Of a stretch of DNA of 64,000 bases, positions 31,900-42,020 are shown piece by piece. The stretch lies in the IMG/VR virus record IMGVR_UViG_2061766007_002263; one strand, 5' to 3'. Within the stretch, counting starts at the first letter, position 1, and every line of letters begins with the position of its first letter. Position numbers and translations under genes: made by a program. The notes beneath the pieces are model-generated. The model was given only the letters and a program-made list of their open reading frames with translations, searched no databases and had not been told where the DNA came from. Source of the stretch: a virus (lineage: Duplodnaviria > Caudoviricetes).

Positions 31900-34800
31900 C
31901 TATAGACTCCTTTACTGATTCAACCACGGCTCCAAGGTCAATGTCCGTCATAGTACCTACTTTTACGTAAAGATATCCGGGCAATACATCCGGATTCTTG
32001 CCGAATGTTATGTATCGGGTTTTTTTATCGGACCGGAACAAATCAAGCCCACTGCTGTTGAGGCTGTCGGCTTTTCCATATCCAGGGTATGGAACATTAC
32101 CGTTTACCCAGTGCACAGGCATTGTCTCGTCGCTTTGAGCCACGTATAGTTTAACGCCCCGCAATGCCCCATTTTTATTCTGAGAAAATACGGAGCCGTC
32201 GCTTTGCTGCATGTTGATATGAAGATTATTCACGAACGGCGCGGGAAACCGGAAATTACACCAGACATATCCTGAACTGTCCTTATTGCGGTTCGAATAG
32301 TCCGGACCGTCTATATATGAATAATCAGTACGGTCTAATGCGCCGATGTTGTTGTGTATAGCCATTTCATAAAGTGGCAGAGGATTGTTTGGACTATAAG
32401 GCTTAAGTATTTGTGAGCCGATAACAATAGGTTCTTGTGTATCATAATCACGCTCATATACCACCCGGTAAGTTTCTATGTCTGTGTCATTAAGAAGCAG
32501 ATTATATTTGTTGATTCTCTGCTCAAATGGTACACCGGTAACATTAAAGCATCTTTCTTGTACGACGTTAGTCTCTTTTCCTATGTTCTCCGCTATAAAA
32601 TCTATTTTGCTAAAATATACGGTGTCGTTCGAAATCCGTGCAATTTCAGGAGTAATCCAATCCACGCCATTATTGATACTGTATTGGAATACCGGCATTC
32701 GTATGAACTTCCGAGTAAATGCATTTGTTACTTGTGGCGTAAAGGATACTTCTTTATTACCTTGGTAGCATGGAATTCCACTTACATATGTATTATGCTC
32801 TGGAATATCGCAATTTACGTTTTCTATGCTAGGCGAGGACGCTTGGTATATAGCGAAGCTTACAGTGCTTGAACGCTGCCTTTGCTCATTTGCTATATGC
32901 TCAAAGTAAATTACATGGTATCCTTCATCAAGTTGATTCGTGGTATACTCGATAACCATGGACTCATACTTTCCGGAGTAGAAAGCATTGTCATAATACG
33001 AATCACGTACTTCCAGTACTTTTAACTGAGAATTGCCGTTGTTTTCCTCAAGATTCTTTGTGAGCGAAATAACACCGTCAATATATACATTAATCGTACC
33101 GACATTCGCTGGATAGAAAAAGCTGGATTTTATTTTTGCTTCGGAGCCGGCTTCTGTTTCGACCATAGTATCTTTATCCATGACATTCAGAGCATTCACA
33201 TAATCTATGTCAAATGTAGCAGACCGGATGTTTTTCGGAACCGGTATGTCGATTTTTTGTTCCAGGCGATTTATACGTGAGTTAGTTTCCTTAAGGAAAT
33301 CATTTATAACTTTTACGGAATACCCTATTGTCTGACCCGCAAGTGGTAACTGTCCTTGATTATAGTAGCTGTCTTCGCCTTGCAATATCTGGTCAGAAGC
33401 CCATGTATTCGCAATGTCAGGGTTAAGGTCAGTTATATCCTCGATTTTGTGGGTATGTTCACCTGGGACGACCATTGTACTTCCGCTGCCCGTTCCGGTT
33501 CCCGTACCGCCTGAGTTTATAAGTTCCTCAAGTTGGCTGATTTTTTCTCTTAAATCAGATATGTCCTCGATGCCCTGAGCAAGCTCCAGAATCTGTTGGT
33601 TTATTTCGGATATACTTTGCAACAACTGACTCTGGGTAGAAAGTACAGAATCAAAATCAAAATCAGTTATGTCATGATAGCTGTGCTGATGTTCCCCCAT
33701 GAACTCGGATAAATCCAAGTCGGTAATATCCGCCATGACATGCTTATGCTCGTCGAGCCTTGTTGACAATGCCAAGATATTCGCCGAAATCTGAGCTTGC
33801 TTGTTCACTATTGCGGACAAATCTATGTCGTTTATGTCATTTGAGCTGTGAGTATGGTGTTGTATTTGATTACTCAGCTCGGTTATTTCGTCCTGGAGGC
33901 TTCTCTGTTCATGGATAATTGAATCTACGTTAAGCCCTTCAATGTCGGTTGCTTTGTGCTTATGGTTTACAAATCCTTTCGGAACACATGCGAGATGACC
34001 GTCAGAGTTTATTATAATAGTTTCGCCGTCAATCGGTATCTGCTTGATGTCAATCGTTTTGTTACGGCTTATGAGCTCTATTACTTTTTCGTCAAAATCT
34101 GTTATCTGAGATACAGTATGCATGTGTGCGCCACAAGCCATGTCTGAGCCGTCAACCGAGCCCCCAAGCAATACACTTGGGCTTACGGACAACTCACCTT
34201 CGGAATTGAGCACAAGGGATGTACCGTCAAACTTTACAGAAAGATATGTTCCTCCACCGTTAGAGTCAAGCTTGGTTTCAAGACCTGAATTGGAACGGCA
34301 GATAATGAAGTTCTTTTTTATATCAGAGTCTATCGCAAGAAGCTTGTTGGACAAGTTTTCTACTTGATTTATTTTTATCTTGCCGGTTATACCACCAGAA
34401 GGCGGAGCTGAGCCACCACCATCAGTCGTAGTCGCTTCAAGCTCACCCCATTCGTTCTTGATGATTGTGTCGTCATCAACAACTACGTCGGCCGTTATAG
34501 TCTGAGTATCTTTGTCATAAGTAAACTTTACAGAGCCATTAGTCTGATTTTGGAAAACTTGAGCTACGTATTCTTTTACTTTGGATTCCAAGTCCCCGGT
34601 TACGTCATTTATGTCGTGGGTATGTTTAGGTAAGTCCTTTGCTTCAATGTACCCGGCGTCTATTATTCCACCGGCATTGTCCAGCCGGACTTTGGTATAA
34701 AAACCAGGGTCAGGTGAAGATGAGGATGAGTTTAGATTGAACGATACAATACCACCATTGGCTTTGTACCAGTTTCCTATGCCGTCTTTTTTGATGTATA

Positions 34801-34945
34801 CAAGCCAATCGCCCGCATTGAAAGGAATGTTAAGACCGTCTATGTTTCCTGATTCTGTTACAAAAAAGAACTTATAGTCGAGGTCTGATTCTACTGTCGG
34901 GAGGATTAGTTCGTTTGGGCTCCATATACCTACATTTGTGCTCAT
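31886..34945 (-). CDS. tail fibre protein with HxH...(D)ITD phage tail repeats
   Basis: seven repeats such as HTHKIEDITDL, HKHVMADITDL; late motif 34950-34957. Confidence 0.75.
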   Translation of the reverse strand: MSTNVGIWSPNELILPTVESDLDYKFFFVTESGNIDGLNIPFNAGDWLVYIKKDGIGNWYKANGGIVSFNLNSSSSSPDPGFYTKVRLDNAGGIIDAGYIEAKDLPKHTHDINDVTGDLESKVKEYVAQVFQNQTNGSVKFTYDKDTQTITADVVVDDDTIIKNEWGELEATTTDGGGSAPPSGGITGKIKINQVENLSNKLLAIDSDIKKNFIICRSNSGLETKLDSNGGGTYLSVKFDGTSLVLNSEGELSVSPSVLLGGSVDGSDMACGAHMHTVSQITDFDEKVIELISRNKTIDIKQIPIDGETIIINSDGHLACVPKGFVNHKHKATDIEGLNVDSIIHEQRSLQDEITELSNQIQHHTHSSNDINDIDLSAIVNKQAQISANILALSTRLDEHKHVMADITDLDLSEFMGEHQHSYHDITDFDFDSVLSTQSQLLQSISEINQQILELAQGIEDISDLREKISQLEELINSGGTGTGTGSGSTMVVPGEHTHKIEDITDLNPDIANTWASDQILQGEDSYYNQGQLPLAGQTIGYSVKVINDFLKETNSRINRLEQKIDIPVPKNIRSATFDIDYVNALNVMDKDTMVETEAGSEAKIKSSFFYPANVGTINVYIDGVISLTKNLEENNGNSQLKVLEVRDSYYDNAFYSGKYESMVIEYTTNQLDEGYHVIYFEHIANEQRQRSSTVSFAIYQASSPSIENVNCDIPEHNTYVSGIPCYQGNKEVSFTPQVTNAFTRKFIRMPVFQYSINNGVDWITPEIARISNDTVYFSKIDFIAENIGKETNVVQERCFNVTGVPFEQRINKYNLLLNDTDIETYRVVYERDYDTQEPIVIGSQILKPYSPNNPLPLYEMAIHNNIGALDRTDYSYIDGPDYSNRNKDSSGYVWCNFRFPAPFVNNLHINMQQSDGSVFSQNKNGALRGVKLYVAQSDETMPVHWVNGNVPYPGYGKADSLNSSGLDLFRSDKKTRYITFGKNPDVLPGYLYVKVGTMTDIDLGAVVESVKESIDEWS

Positions 34946-34987
34946 AATATAATTAGTTCAGAACTTTAACATGAGCAATAAATAACA

Positions 34988-35012
34988 AAAAAGCCACCAG
35001 ATAATCTGGTGG
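34988..35012 (-). terminator. intrinsic terminator
   Basis: GCCACCAG-ATAAT-CTGGTGGC with A-run on + strand. Confidence 0.8.
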
Positions 35013-35034
35013 CAAAGGAGATATTATGGATTCG

Positions 35035-36144
35035 TTAGAACTTTACATGAGTATGATACTTACGGTTCGCTGCGTCTATTTCAAGTGAAACAATCTCACG
35101 CATAGCGTTCATGTTTTCCTTTATGACACTTGCGGACACGTCGCATCTTTTTCCGAGGTCTTCGAATTTTGGTTTTGAAGCTTTCTCAAGCTTGGCAGCA
35201 CTTTCATTGCTGTTCAGTTTCTTCTCGTACTGCTCCGCCGATTGATTCATTCGGCTGTTCCAGATACTTTTCTGAAGACCACTGAACTTTGCATAAGCGT
35301 TGTCAATTGCTTCGCGAAGAACTTTGCTTTCTTCTTTATGCTCCATTTCCTCTTCGATAGTAGTATAACGGATATCGTCCGTATTGAAGACGCTTATATC
35401 TGTACCGTCCGGTCCGGACATCCATTCAGACCTTACGTTGAACTCGTCGAGCTTGCGTATCTTTTTACCGGGGTCATTGAATATAACCTCGTTGTCATTG
35501 TCCAAAACCTTTATGAGCTTTCCGAGCTTGTCACGGATGTACGTGTAATCCGGATTGTAGATGAAAGTCTTCATATCGTGATTTCTCAAAATGTACCCAA
35601 CATGAAGCTCGTCGGTAGACCTGAGCTGCACGACTTTGACTTCTTTACCGTTTACTTTGATGTTTATCGTTTTTTTGTCAGAGCTGTTTGCTGGTCTGAA
35701 CACGCTCAGAGGCTTCTCTTTTGGTGTTCCGCCACAGTACTGATTGATAATCTTGCGGTTGTATGCGGCAAGGTATCTTACGAGCTGGATGTAGAAAGAA
35801 TAAGAACCTTTCATGTGCTGAATACGCTTCAAGTCCATTCCGTCAACAGCCATCATAAAATGCTCGTAGCAGTCGTACTCATAATTGTCAAGAATGTCGT
35901 TTGACAAAACGGTATAGTGTCCTGAGCACATCTCCCTGAGCTTGTTCTTGGAGCCTTCGATTACTTGTCTGTAACGTTCTTTGAGCTCAAGAATAGCCTT
36001 GTTACGGAGCTTGATACCTTCGATTGTTGATGTATCTGCATTTTTGATTGTTTTTAATGAAATGTAGTCTGGTGATTCACCGATATCTGTTTTCTTGATG
36101 TGCGCGTTCTTTGGGTTAGCAATACAATTAGAGTTGATTGACAT
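35035..36144 (-). CDS. sigma70-like factor (regions 2 and 4)
   Basis: AILELKERY, DCYEHFMMAVDG, SFYIQLVRYL; C-terminal FSGLQKSIW...FEDLGKRCDVSASVI HTH; AAGGAG RBS favours ATG 36144 (ORF open to 36171). Confidence 0.6.
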   Translation of the reverse strand: MSINSNCIANPKNAHIKKTDIGESPDYISLKTIKNADTSTIEGIKLRNKAILELKERYRQVIEGSKNKLREMCSGHYTVLSNDILDNYEYDCYEHFMMAVDGMDLKRIQHMKGSYSFYIQLVRYLAAYNRKIINQYCGGTPKEKPLSVFRPANSSDKKTINIKVNGKEVKVVQLRSTDELHVGYILRNHDMKTFIYNPDYTYIRDKLGKLIKVLDNDNEVIFNDPGKKIRKLDEFNVRSEWMSGPDGTDISVFNTDDIRYTTIEEEMEHKEESKVLREAIDNAYAKFSGLQKSIWNSRMNQSAEQYEKKLNSNESAAKLEKASKPKFEDLGKRCDVSASVIKENMNAMREIVSLEIDAANRKYHTHVKF

Positions 36145-36215
36145 AAATATGTTATTTCTCCTTAAATACATGTGTGTACTAATGACACTTTGTGGCTTCC
36201 GCCTTTATATAAACC

Positions 36216-36257
36216 ATATTATACACTTTAAAGGACGTTATCCTTCAAAGTGTATAA
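36216..36257 (-). promoter_or_regulatory. putative early promoter TTTGAAGGATAAC-N13-TATAATAT inside an inverted repeat
   Basis: identical boxes and spacing at 54880-54913; TTATACACTTT/AAAGTGTATAA inverted repeat. Confidence 0.6.
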
Positions 36258-36324
36258 AACCTTTCCTTGCAAGGTGATTAGTTAGTGAGGTATCGGAAAT
36301 TCCAAGTTTCACTAAATATCAAGT

Positions 36325-36735
36325 ATGACTTTAACGGAGCTCTACAATAAATATCACGGATTCTCTACGGCGCATGATTCAAAATCAAAATCACGGTCTA
36401 AAGGGTATCTGGATTTAATAAATCTTTATAAAACAAAATGCAATCCCTTGGAAAGCGAGCCCGTAATGATTTCGATGCTTGCCGAAGAATACATAAAGAC
36501 ACAAGAAATGCTCTATGCGCAGCTGCATAAGGACGAATACCGTCAGAGAGTTCTTGCGGCACGTGAATGTCTGATAAAATATGCGTCTACGGACGAAATT
36601 TCGATTATTCTGTCGGGTATAAAGACAGATGATACATCCATGACTAATTATTTAAATTACTTGAAAGGAACAAGATTTATGGACCGGATAAAGTATGAAG
36701 ACTTTGTTTCCGCATATAATCTTTTGGTATTGTAA
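36325..36735 (+). CDS. hypothetical late protein
   Basis: ACTAAATA at 36311-36318, 6 nt before ATG. Confidence 0.7.
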   Translation: MTLTELYNKYHGFSTAHDSKSKSRSKGYLDLINLYKTKCNPLESEPVMISMLAEEYIKTQEMLYAQLHKDEYRQRVLAARECLIKYASTDEISIILSGIKTDDTSMTNYLNYLKGTRFMDRIKYEDFVSAYNLLVL

Positions 36736-37172
36736 TGCTGAATCTTACGATTGTCAACCCCACAGAGCTAAAAAATATGAGAGACCTGCAAGAAATTTTT
36801 CCTTTTTCGTATAAGTACCTCTGTAATCCGGAATACTTGCAGGACAAATATGAATGGTATTATGTTACGGATGACCAGTTCAGTGACCCGGAGGAAAGGG
36901 AAGCATGGCTGGCATTGGTATGCGTTACCGAGGACAAATATATTTATGGTGATAACCTTCATCTCTCCGTAATAGAAGTCGCGGCTCCTATACAAGGCAT
37001 GTGCGTGGGAACAAGAGTAATAAATAAGCTTATAGACATAGCTCTGGCAAATAATTATTCCACGTTGACGTTGCACATAAAAGACCCGAAACTTACGTCT
37101 TTTTATGAACGTTTCGGTTTCAAAGAAGTACAGAATTTGGGAGGTCTGACGTTCCATCAGCTTGACCTATGA
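36735..37172 (+). CDS. GNAT family acetyltransferase
   Basis: LHLSVIEV...QGMCVGT motif A; FYERFGF motif B. Confidence 0.85.
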   Translation: MLNLTIVNPTELKNMRDLQEIFPFSYKYLCNPEYLQDKYEWYYVTDDQFSDPEEREAWLALVCVTEDKYIYGDNLHLSVIEVAAPIQGMCVGTRVINKLIDIALANNYSTLTLHIKDPKLTSFYERFGFKEVQNLGGLTFHQLDL

Positions 37173-37495
37173 TTTTAATAACAGATACAGATTTTGAGAT
37201 AATGCAGTCTTCCGCTTTGTCGGGCTTCTATAAGAAACTGATAGAAAAGCTTGATAATAATCGAGCCACTGATACGGACTTCTATCAGATTCGTACATAC
37301 GTCTTTGAGCTGTTGAAATATGCTTTGATGGGGAAGCAAGAATATGCTCGTCTTTACAGTCTTACCGAAGAAATACTGCTCAGCAGGGAAGCCTTGAGTT
37401 TTTTTAATACTGTACATACCAAACAGGAAATATTTGACTTTGTGAAGAGTCTGATAAATAAAGAGCCAATAATTGTATGCCCACTAATTACATAG
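37169..37495 (+). CDS. hypothetical protein
   Basis: ATGA-coupled ORF. Confidence 0.65.
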   Translation: MILITDTDFEIMQSSALSGFYKKLIEKLDNNRATDTDFYQIRTYVFELLKYALMGKQEYARLYSLTEEILLSREALSFFNTVHTKQEIFDFVKSLINKEPIIVCPLIT

Positions 37496-37520
37496 ACATG
37501 TGAAAAGGAGATTTATAGAT

Positions 37521-37814
37521 ATGAAGTTTACAGAAATGAACATAGATACGGATACCAGCGCAAAAGAAAAAGAAGATTTTTTGGACCTTCTAACTGGGCT
37601 TGAGGACTATATTGAGAACAACTTTTATAACGAGAAAGTTACAAAGGATGAGCAAGTCGATAAAATCTACAATACTATTGATGATTTAAGGACTAAAGCG
37701 AGTTTGTACAACATGGACTGTGATGACAGTGAGACTGAAAAATCAGGTTATAATACACGAATGTATGACGTTATAGACGCTCTTAAAGCTTTCGCGGATA
37801 CAAAGCAGTACTAA
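37521..37814 (+). CDS. acidic hypothetical late protein
   Basis: AAGGAG RBS; ACTAATTA at 37483-37490. Confidence 0.65.
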   Translation: MKFTEMNIDTDTSAKEKEDFLDLLTGLEDYIENNFYNEKVTKDEQVDKIYNTIDDLRTKASLYNMDCDDSETEKSGYNTRMYDVIDALKAFADTKQY

Positions 37815-37834
37815 ACATTTAATGAGGTTTAATA

Positions 37835-38695
37835 ATGGAAAGATACTTTAATAATGTTGATTTGTCAAAAGGCACTGAGAGCAGCTTGAATACAAAAATA
37901 GAGGAAGCTGTTAACGGCGTTTACAACACAGTTCAAGGTTCGATAGTAAAGTTCTTTGATAAAGAGCTTTATAGAAAAGACGACTATTTGGATTTGATTC
38001 ATGACATTATAGACGACGCTTTCGATACCGACGAGCAGAGAAAAACATGCAAGGCTATTTTTGTTATTTACCTTTCGGGGCTTTCATTAAAAGACTCAAA
38101 TATGTTCGGCCTCATAATGTTGCTTCTGGTTGCCATAAGATACTGTGGTTCAATTTATGATAAAACAGTCTACAAGACATATAGAAAATACCTTGACGAG
38201 CTCAGCAATCATAGTCTGGAGCCAATTACGGTTGGAAATATCACGAATTGTAACTATCTTGGGGATAAAATAGATTTTGATATGAACGATACGTTTGCAA
38301 ATGTTACCGATAATAAATACGCCATGAGACTGCTTGCGAATGTTCGCGATTATGATAAGCATAATAACAAAGGGTATTCGGTAAGGTCTAATACACATCA
38401 GAAGTTCGGATTTAAATTCAAGTCCGTTATTGACGCATACAAGAATACTGATGCGTTCAAAGATAAAGTTAAAAATCTCATGGAACATAAGAAATCAAAG
38501 GGTAATCCAATAACACAAGAAGAAGCGGAGAAAGCGGTATTGAATAATCCGATTATCCGAAAAGCTCTTATGAAAAATAACGGGCTTGATTATGACACAT
38601 GGAAATCCAGCAGATTTCAAGACATGATAAAAGGGTATGAACAAGACCAGTCCATAAAGCAGACGCGCAGACATGGTTCTGAGGAGTTCAATTAG
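37835..38695 (+). CDS. hypothetical protein
   Basis: GAGG RBS; ACTAAACA at 37810; followed by AGGCTGCG/CGCAGCCT terminator. Confidence 0.7.
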   Translation: MERYFNNVDLSKGTESSLNTKIEEAVNGVYNTVQGSIVKFFDKELYRKDDYLDLIHDIIDDAFDTDEQRKTCKAIFVIYLSGLSLKDSNMFGLIMLLLVAIRYCGSIYDKTVYKTYRKYLDELSNHSLEPITVGNITNCNYLGDKIDFDMNDTFANVTDNKYAMRLLANVRDYDKHNNKGYSVRSNTHQKFGFKFKSVIDAYKNTDAFKDKVKNLMEHKKSKGNPITQEEAEKAVLNNPIIRKALMKNNGLDYDTWKSSRFQDMIKGYEQDQSIKQTRRHGSEEFN

Positions 38696-38814
38696 GAAGA
38701 TACGGATAATTTTTATAATGATTTAGAGGCTGCGGTAATTCGCAGCCTTTTCAATTTCATCTAAAGAATTAATATCTATTTAAAATACATTCTTAGGAGA
38801 AATTATCTAACACA

Positions 38815-39537
38815 ATGGCAGAAAGGCAGATAGCCCAAAGACATATAAAAGACGAACCCAAGGTTGAGAATGTAGGGCTTAAAACTATACTTGAACCAGA
38901 GAAACTTCCGGTAGATGTCAACAATATAGAAATCCAGAACGACTCAACCGAGAAGTTTGATGAATTGGAATACCTAGACAATACCAGCGCGAAAGATTTA
39001 CCTTTTCGTGATGAGTCTGAGGACGAGGTTGAGAGGCTGACGAAATATATTTCGCAACAAGTAGAATATTTCAACAATAAGATTACTTTTGCGGCCGCGA
39101 GTATAAATCCCCCTACGCCATATGAAATTGAGATGGCGTTTTCCACATGGGTACAGACTTCTTTCAGCTTGAACTCAATGTATGAATTCACGCAGAATGA
39201 CGCGGATAATGCGGAGGCAGAGCTCAAGCATTTCATAAATATCAAGAAATCCGAATTGCGCTCCCATTTCAATACTATAAACGCAAAGAAAGCCGCATGG
39301 CTTTCAGCCACAGAAATAGAAGCCGCGGTGTATTCGAAATATCGTAATGACATAGCTAAGCTGGAAACTAAAGTGATTGAGCTCAGGCGTGAGGCATCAT
39401 ACTTAAACAGCATGAAAAAAACATGGTCTGATTACCTATGGGTTTTGAAAAGCTTGAAAGACATGTCACTTGCGGAGATGAGCGGTATGAAGTTTACGCC
39501 GGATTTGAGGCGTGGTGACGAAACAGATTTAATGTGA
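38815..39537 (+). CDS. UvsY-like recombination mediator (tentative)
   Basis: helical; ATEIEAAV...LETKVIEL...YLNSMKK..W pattern; TTAATAT motif 38769-38775. Confidence 0.4.
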   Translation: MAERQIAQRHIKDEPKVENVGLKTILEPEKLPVDVNNIEIQNDSTEKFDELEYLDNTSAKDLPFRDESEDEVERLTKYISQQVEYFNNKITFAAASINPPTPYEIEMAFSTWVQTSFSLNSMYEFTQNDADNAEAELKHFINIKKSELRSHFNTINAKKAAWLSATEIEAAVYSKYRNDIAKLETKVIELRREASYLNSMKKTWSDYLWVLKSLKDMSLAEMSGMKFTPDLRRGDETDLM

Positions 39538-39542
39538 AACAG

Positions 39543-39574
39543 AAAAAGCCCGGAAAAATCCGGGCTTAATTTTT
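39543..39574. terminator. bidirectional terminator
   Basis: AAGCCCGGA-AAAA-TCCGGGCTT between convergent genes. Confidence 0.85.
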
Positions 39575-39586
39575 AGTTCGATTGTG

Positions 39587-41809
39587 TTAAACCGACTGCT
39601 GTACGAATCTTTCGGCAGCCGTCTGATATGGATTGCCGTTGTTCTTTGTACCGAGTACTGCGGCGACTATGGCGTTTGTCATGTTGCAGAGTACGCAGTT
39701 TATTGTTTCTACGTTGCTTGGGTTTCCGGCTTGTATAATGCTTGCGCCGTTGTTGCGTATAACATTTTTTACAATCTGGAGTTTCTGATTTTTTTCTTCG
39801 CTGTTCATGCCGCTTACGTCGTTATCATTGAAAGCGAATGAATCTGCTACATGGTTTATGAGCTTCTGTTGTGATACTTGACCCATTGTGCTCCATGCGA
39901 GTACTCCAAAGATATTGTTGGTCTTGTTGGTATTCGTAACACCGGTCATTAACGTTCCAAAAAGCGTTCCGAAAATTCCACCAATTACAGTTCCAAGTCC
40001 AGGACAGATTGCGGTACCAATACCAATACCCATTGAAGCAGAAGCTCCTATTGTTATGGCTGTATTTACGCCGGACATTTTAGAAGCCCTGATAAGGCAA
40101 TCCGTTATGTCCGCCATAGAAAGCCTTTGCCCCATAGGTATTCCAGCCTGGTCTTTGTCACCTATCGACTTTCCGTTCTGGAAGAAATAAATCTCGTTGT
40201 TGAACGTTCCGAGGATAGAACCCTGCGTTACTTCCATAATTGAGATTCTTGAGGGACTTCCACCCATCCAAAGCGTACTACCAGTAACTATCTTGTCATC
40301 GCCACCCTGGTTTACTTTTGCGCCCCATGATGATGTTGATGTGCCGCCGTTGAATTTATAGTATGCGTTTCCTTTGTTGGTCTTCACGTATGCGCTAACC
40401 TGCTGGTCTTCCGTCTTGTGTTGTTGTGAAGCCCTCATAATGAACTCAGGGAGGCTCAATGGTTGTCCGTTGTCATGCAGTACCGCCGAGCTCTTGTTCA
40501 TTTCATACTTACCGTTGGTATATATCCACTGTACGTTGTCGATTACGGCAGTGTTTCCGTTATCGTTCGTCTGGTATGTTTCGAATTTCGGACCGCCGTT
40601 TTTGTTCTGTGACCAGATAAGGTTCGGCTGGTTAGGTATGTAAAGAACGAATCCGTTTTTGTCTCCTTTAAGTGGTCTGATTTCACCGTTTCCTGTCTGT
40701 ACCGCATTTGACCAGACCGCGCTTGGATTAGACCAGTCTATTTCTGCTTCGGAGTCAGCTTTGCCTTCTGTGCCTTCTTTATCCATTTGTGAATCTTCGG
40801 CTCCATCAGCTTTTTCTTCGGTTTTCATTTCGTCAGCCACTTGCTCTGCGGCTTCCGGATTCTGCTCTATTTCTTGATTGATTTCTGCTTCTTTCTGCTG
40901 CTTCTCTTCTGGGGGAACAATATCTGCCGTATATGTCTTTGTGTCGATAACAGCGCTTTGGTTATCAGCCGTAACGCCGGTAGCGGAAGCCGTAGTTGGA
41001 CTTACAGCTGTCAATGTAGCTATTGAGACACCACCGAATATCGCCGTCATAGCCGCTATGAATTTAGGTCCGTGCCGGCTGTACCCTTCTTTCTCGTATT
41101 CTTCCTCAATCTGTGCTTTAGATAGCCCAGCGTCTTTTTTGCTCTGTACCCATTGATGTGTGGTCATACCACCAAGATTTGACATAGGCTTTGTGTCGTT
41201 GACCTGATTGTTTGTAAGTTCTTCTTTAGCGTCGGTTGAAGTTTGAGCGTCATTTGCCGTGCCGTTTGTGGCGGCATTTGCGTCTACCTCGGCATTGCTG
41301 GTTGCTCCCACAACACCAGTCGCTCCGATAGCTCCGTTCAACATTCCTGTACTTCCTGCAAGATTTGCCGCAGTACTATCAGCGAGTTTCTTTGTCTTGA
41401 CAGAGTTCATGCTGTTCTTTATTTTGTCCCAGTTTACGGCTACCGTTACTCCGAGTATTACCGCAAGCAGTACCAAGATTATCGCGGCTATCTTGATTTT
41501 CTTTGCCATATTGGAGTTTGACTTTATGAGCAGCTTGTAATAGAAAGCAAATGTTCCTTTTTTGGCTTCCGTAAGATGCTCCATATCAGACTCCTGTTCT
41601 GACGACTCTTTCTTAGGCTTGTTGTCGTAGAACTGCATCATCTGCTGTATATAATTGTCTTTCTTGAAACCGTCAATTATCAAACTAATCTGGTTCATCG
41701 CGATATTGAGGGCTTCCTCAGAAACCGTGATGTCCTGTGGCATGTCGTCTGCCAGTTGTTCGGACTCTTGAACGGCTTCGTTCATTTTATAAATCGACTC
41801 AAAATCCAT
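39587..41809 (-). CDS. late membrane-associated protein with glycine zipper (putative ejection protein)
   Basis: AAGGAG RBS before MDFESIY; TM helix; GIGIGTAICPGLGTVIGGIFG; late motifs 41854 and 41912. Confidence 0.6.
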   Translation of the reverse strand: MDFESIYKMNEAVQESEQLADDMPQDITVSEEALNIAMNQISLIIDGFKKDNYIQQMMQFYDNKPKKESSEQESDMEHLTEAKKGTFAFYYKLLIKSNSNMAKKIKIAAIILVLLAVILGVTVAVNWDKIKNSMNSVKTKKLADSTAANLAGSTGMLNGAIGATGVVGATSNAEVDANAATNGTANDAQTSTDAKEELTNNQVNDTKPMSNLGGMTTHQWVQSKKDAGLSKAQIEEEYEKEGYSRHGPKFIAAMTAIFGGVSIATLTAVSPTTASATGVTADNQSAVIDTKTYTADIVPPEEKQQKEAEINQEIEQNPEAAEQVADEMKTEEKADGAEDSQMDKEGTEGKADSEAEIDWSNPSAVWSNAVQTGNGEIRPLKGDKNGFVLYIPNQPNLIWSQNKNGGPKFETYQTNDNGNTAVIDNVQWIYTNGKYEMNKSSAVLHDNGQPLSLPEFIMRASQQHKTEDQQVSAYVKTNKGNAYYKFNGGTSTSSWGAKVNQGGDDKIVTGSTLWMGGSPSRISIMEVTQGSILGTFNNEIYFFQNGKSIGDKDQAGIPMGQRLSMADITDCLIRASKMSGVNTAITIGASASMGIGIGTAICPGLGTVIGGIFGTLFGTLMTGVTNTNKTNNIFGVLAWSTMGQVSQQKLINHVADSFAFNDNDVSGMNSEEKNQKLQIVKNVIRNNGASIIQAGNPSNVETINCVLCNMTNAIVAAVLGTKNNGNPYQTAAERFVQQSV

Positions 41810-42020
41810 TTGTATTCTCCTTGAAGAATGATTCTCAGCGAGTGCCTGTTTATTATTTAGCTTGAAAGCTTTTAAGTCAGCACGCCGGAAAAACATAATA
41901 TCTATTCTGAATAATTAGTAGTTTTTATTGGACATCCGGAATTTAATAGATGTTTTATCCGTGAAAACAAATTAATATCACTATAACAAAAACATTTGGA
42001 TAATGGAGTAATTTTATACA

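Noticed and set aside
1284-39565. CCCGGA...TCCGGG hairpins (1284, 21107, 39548) as a mobile repeat family
   Set aside because: All lie at gene ends with A/T tails, so they are ordinary terminators.
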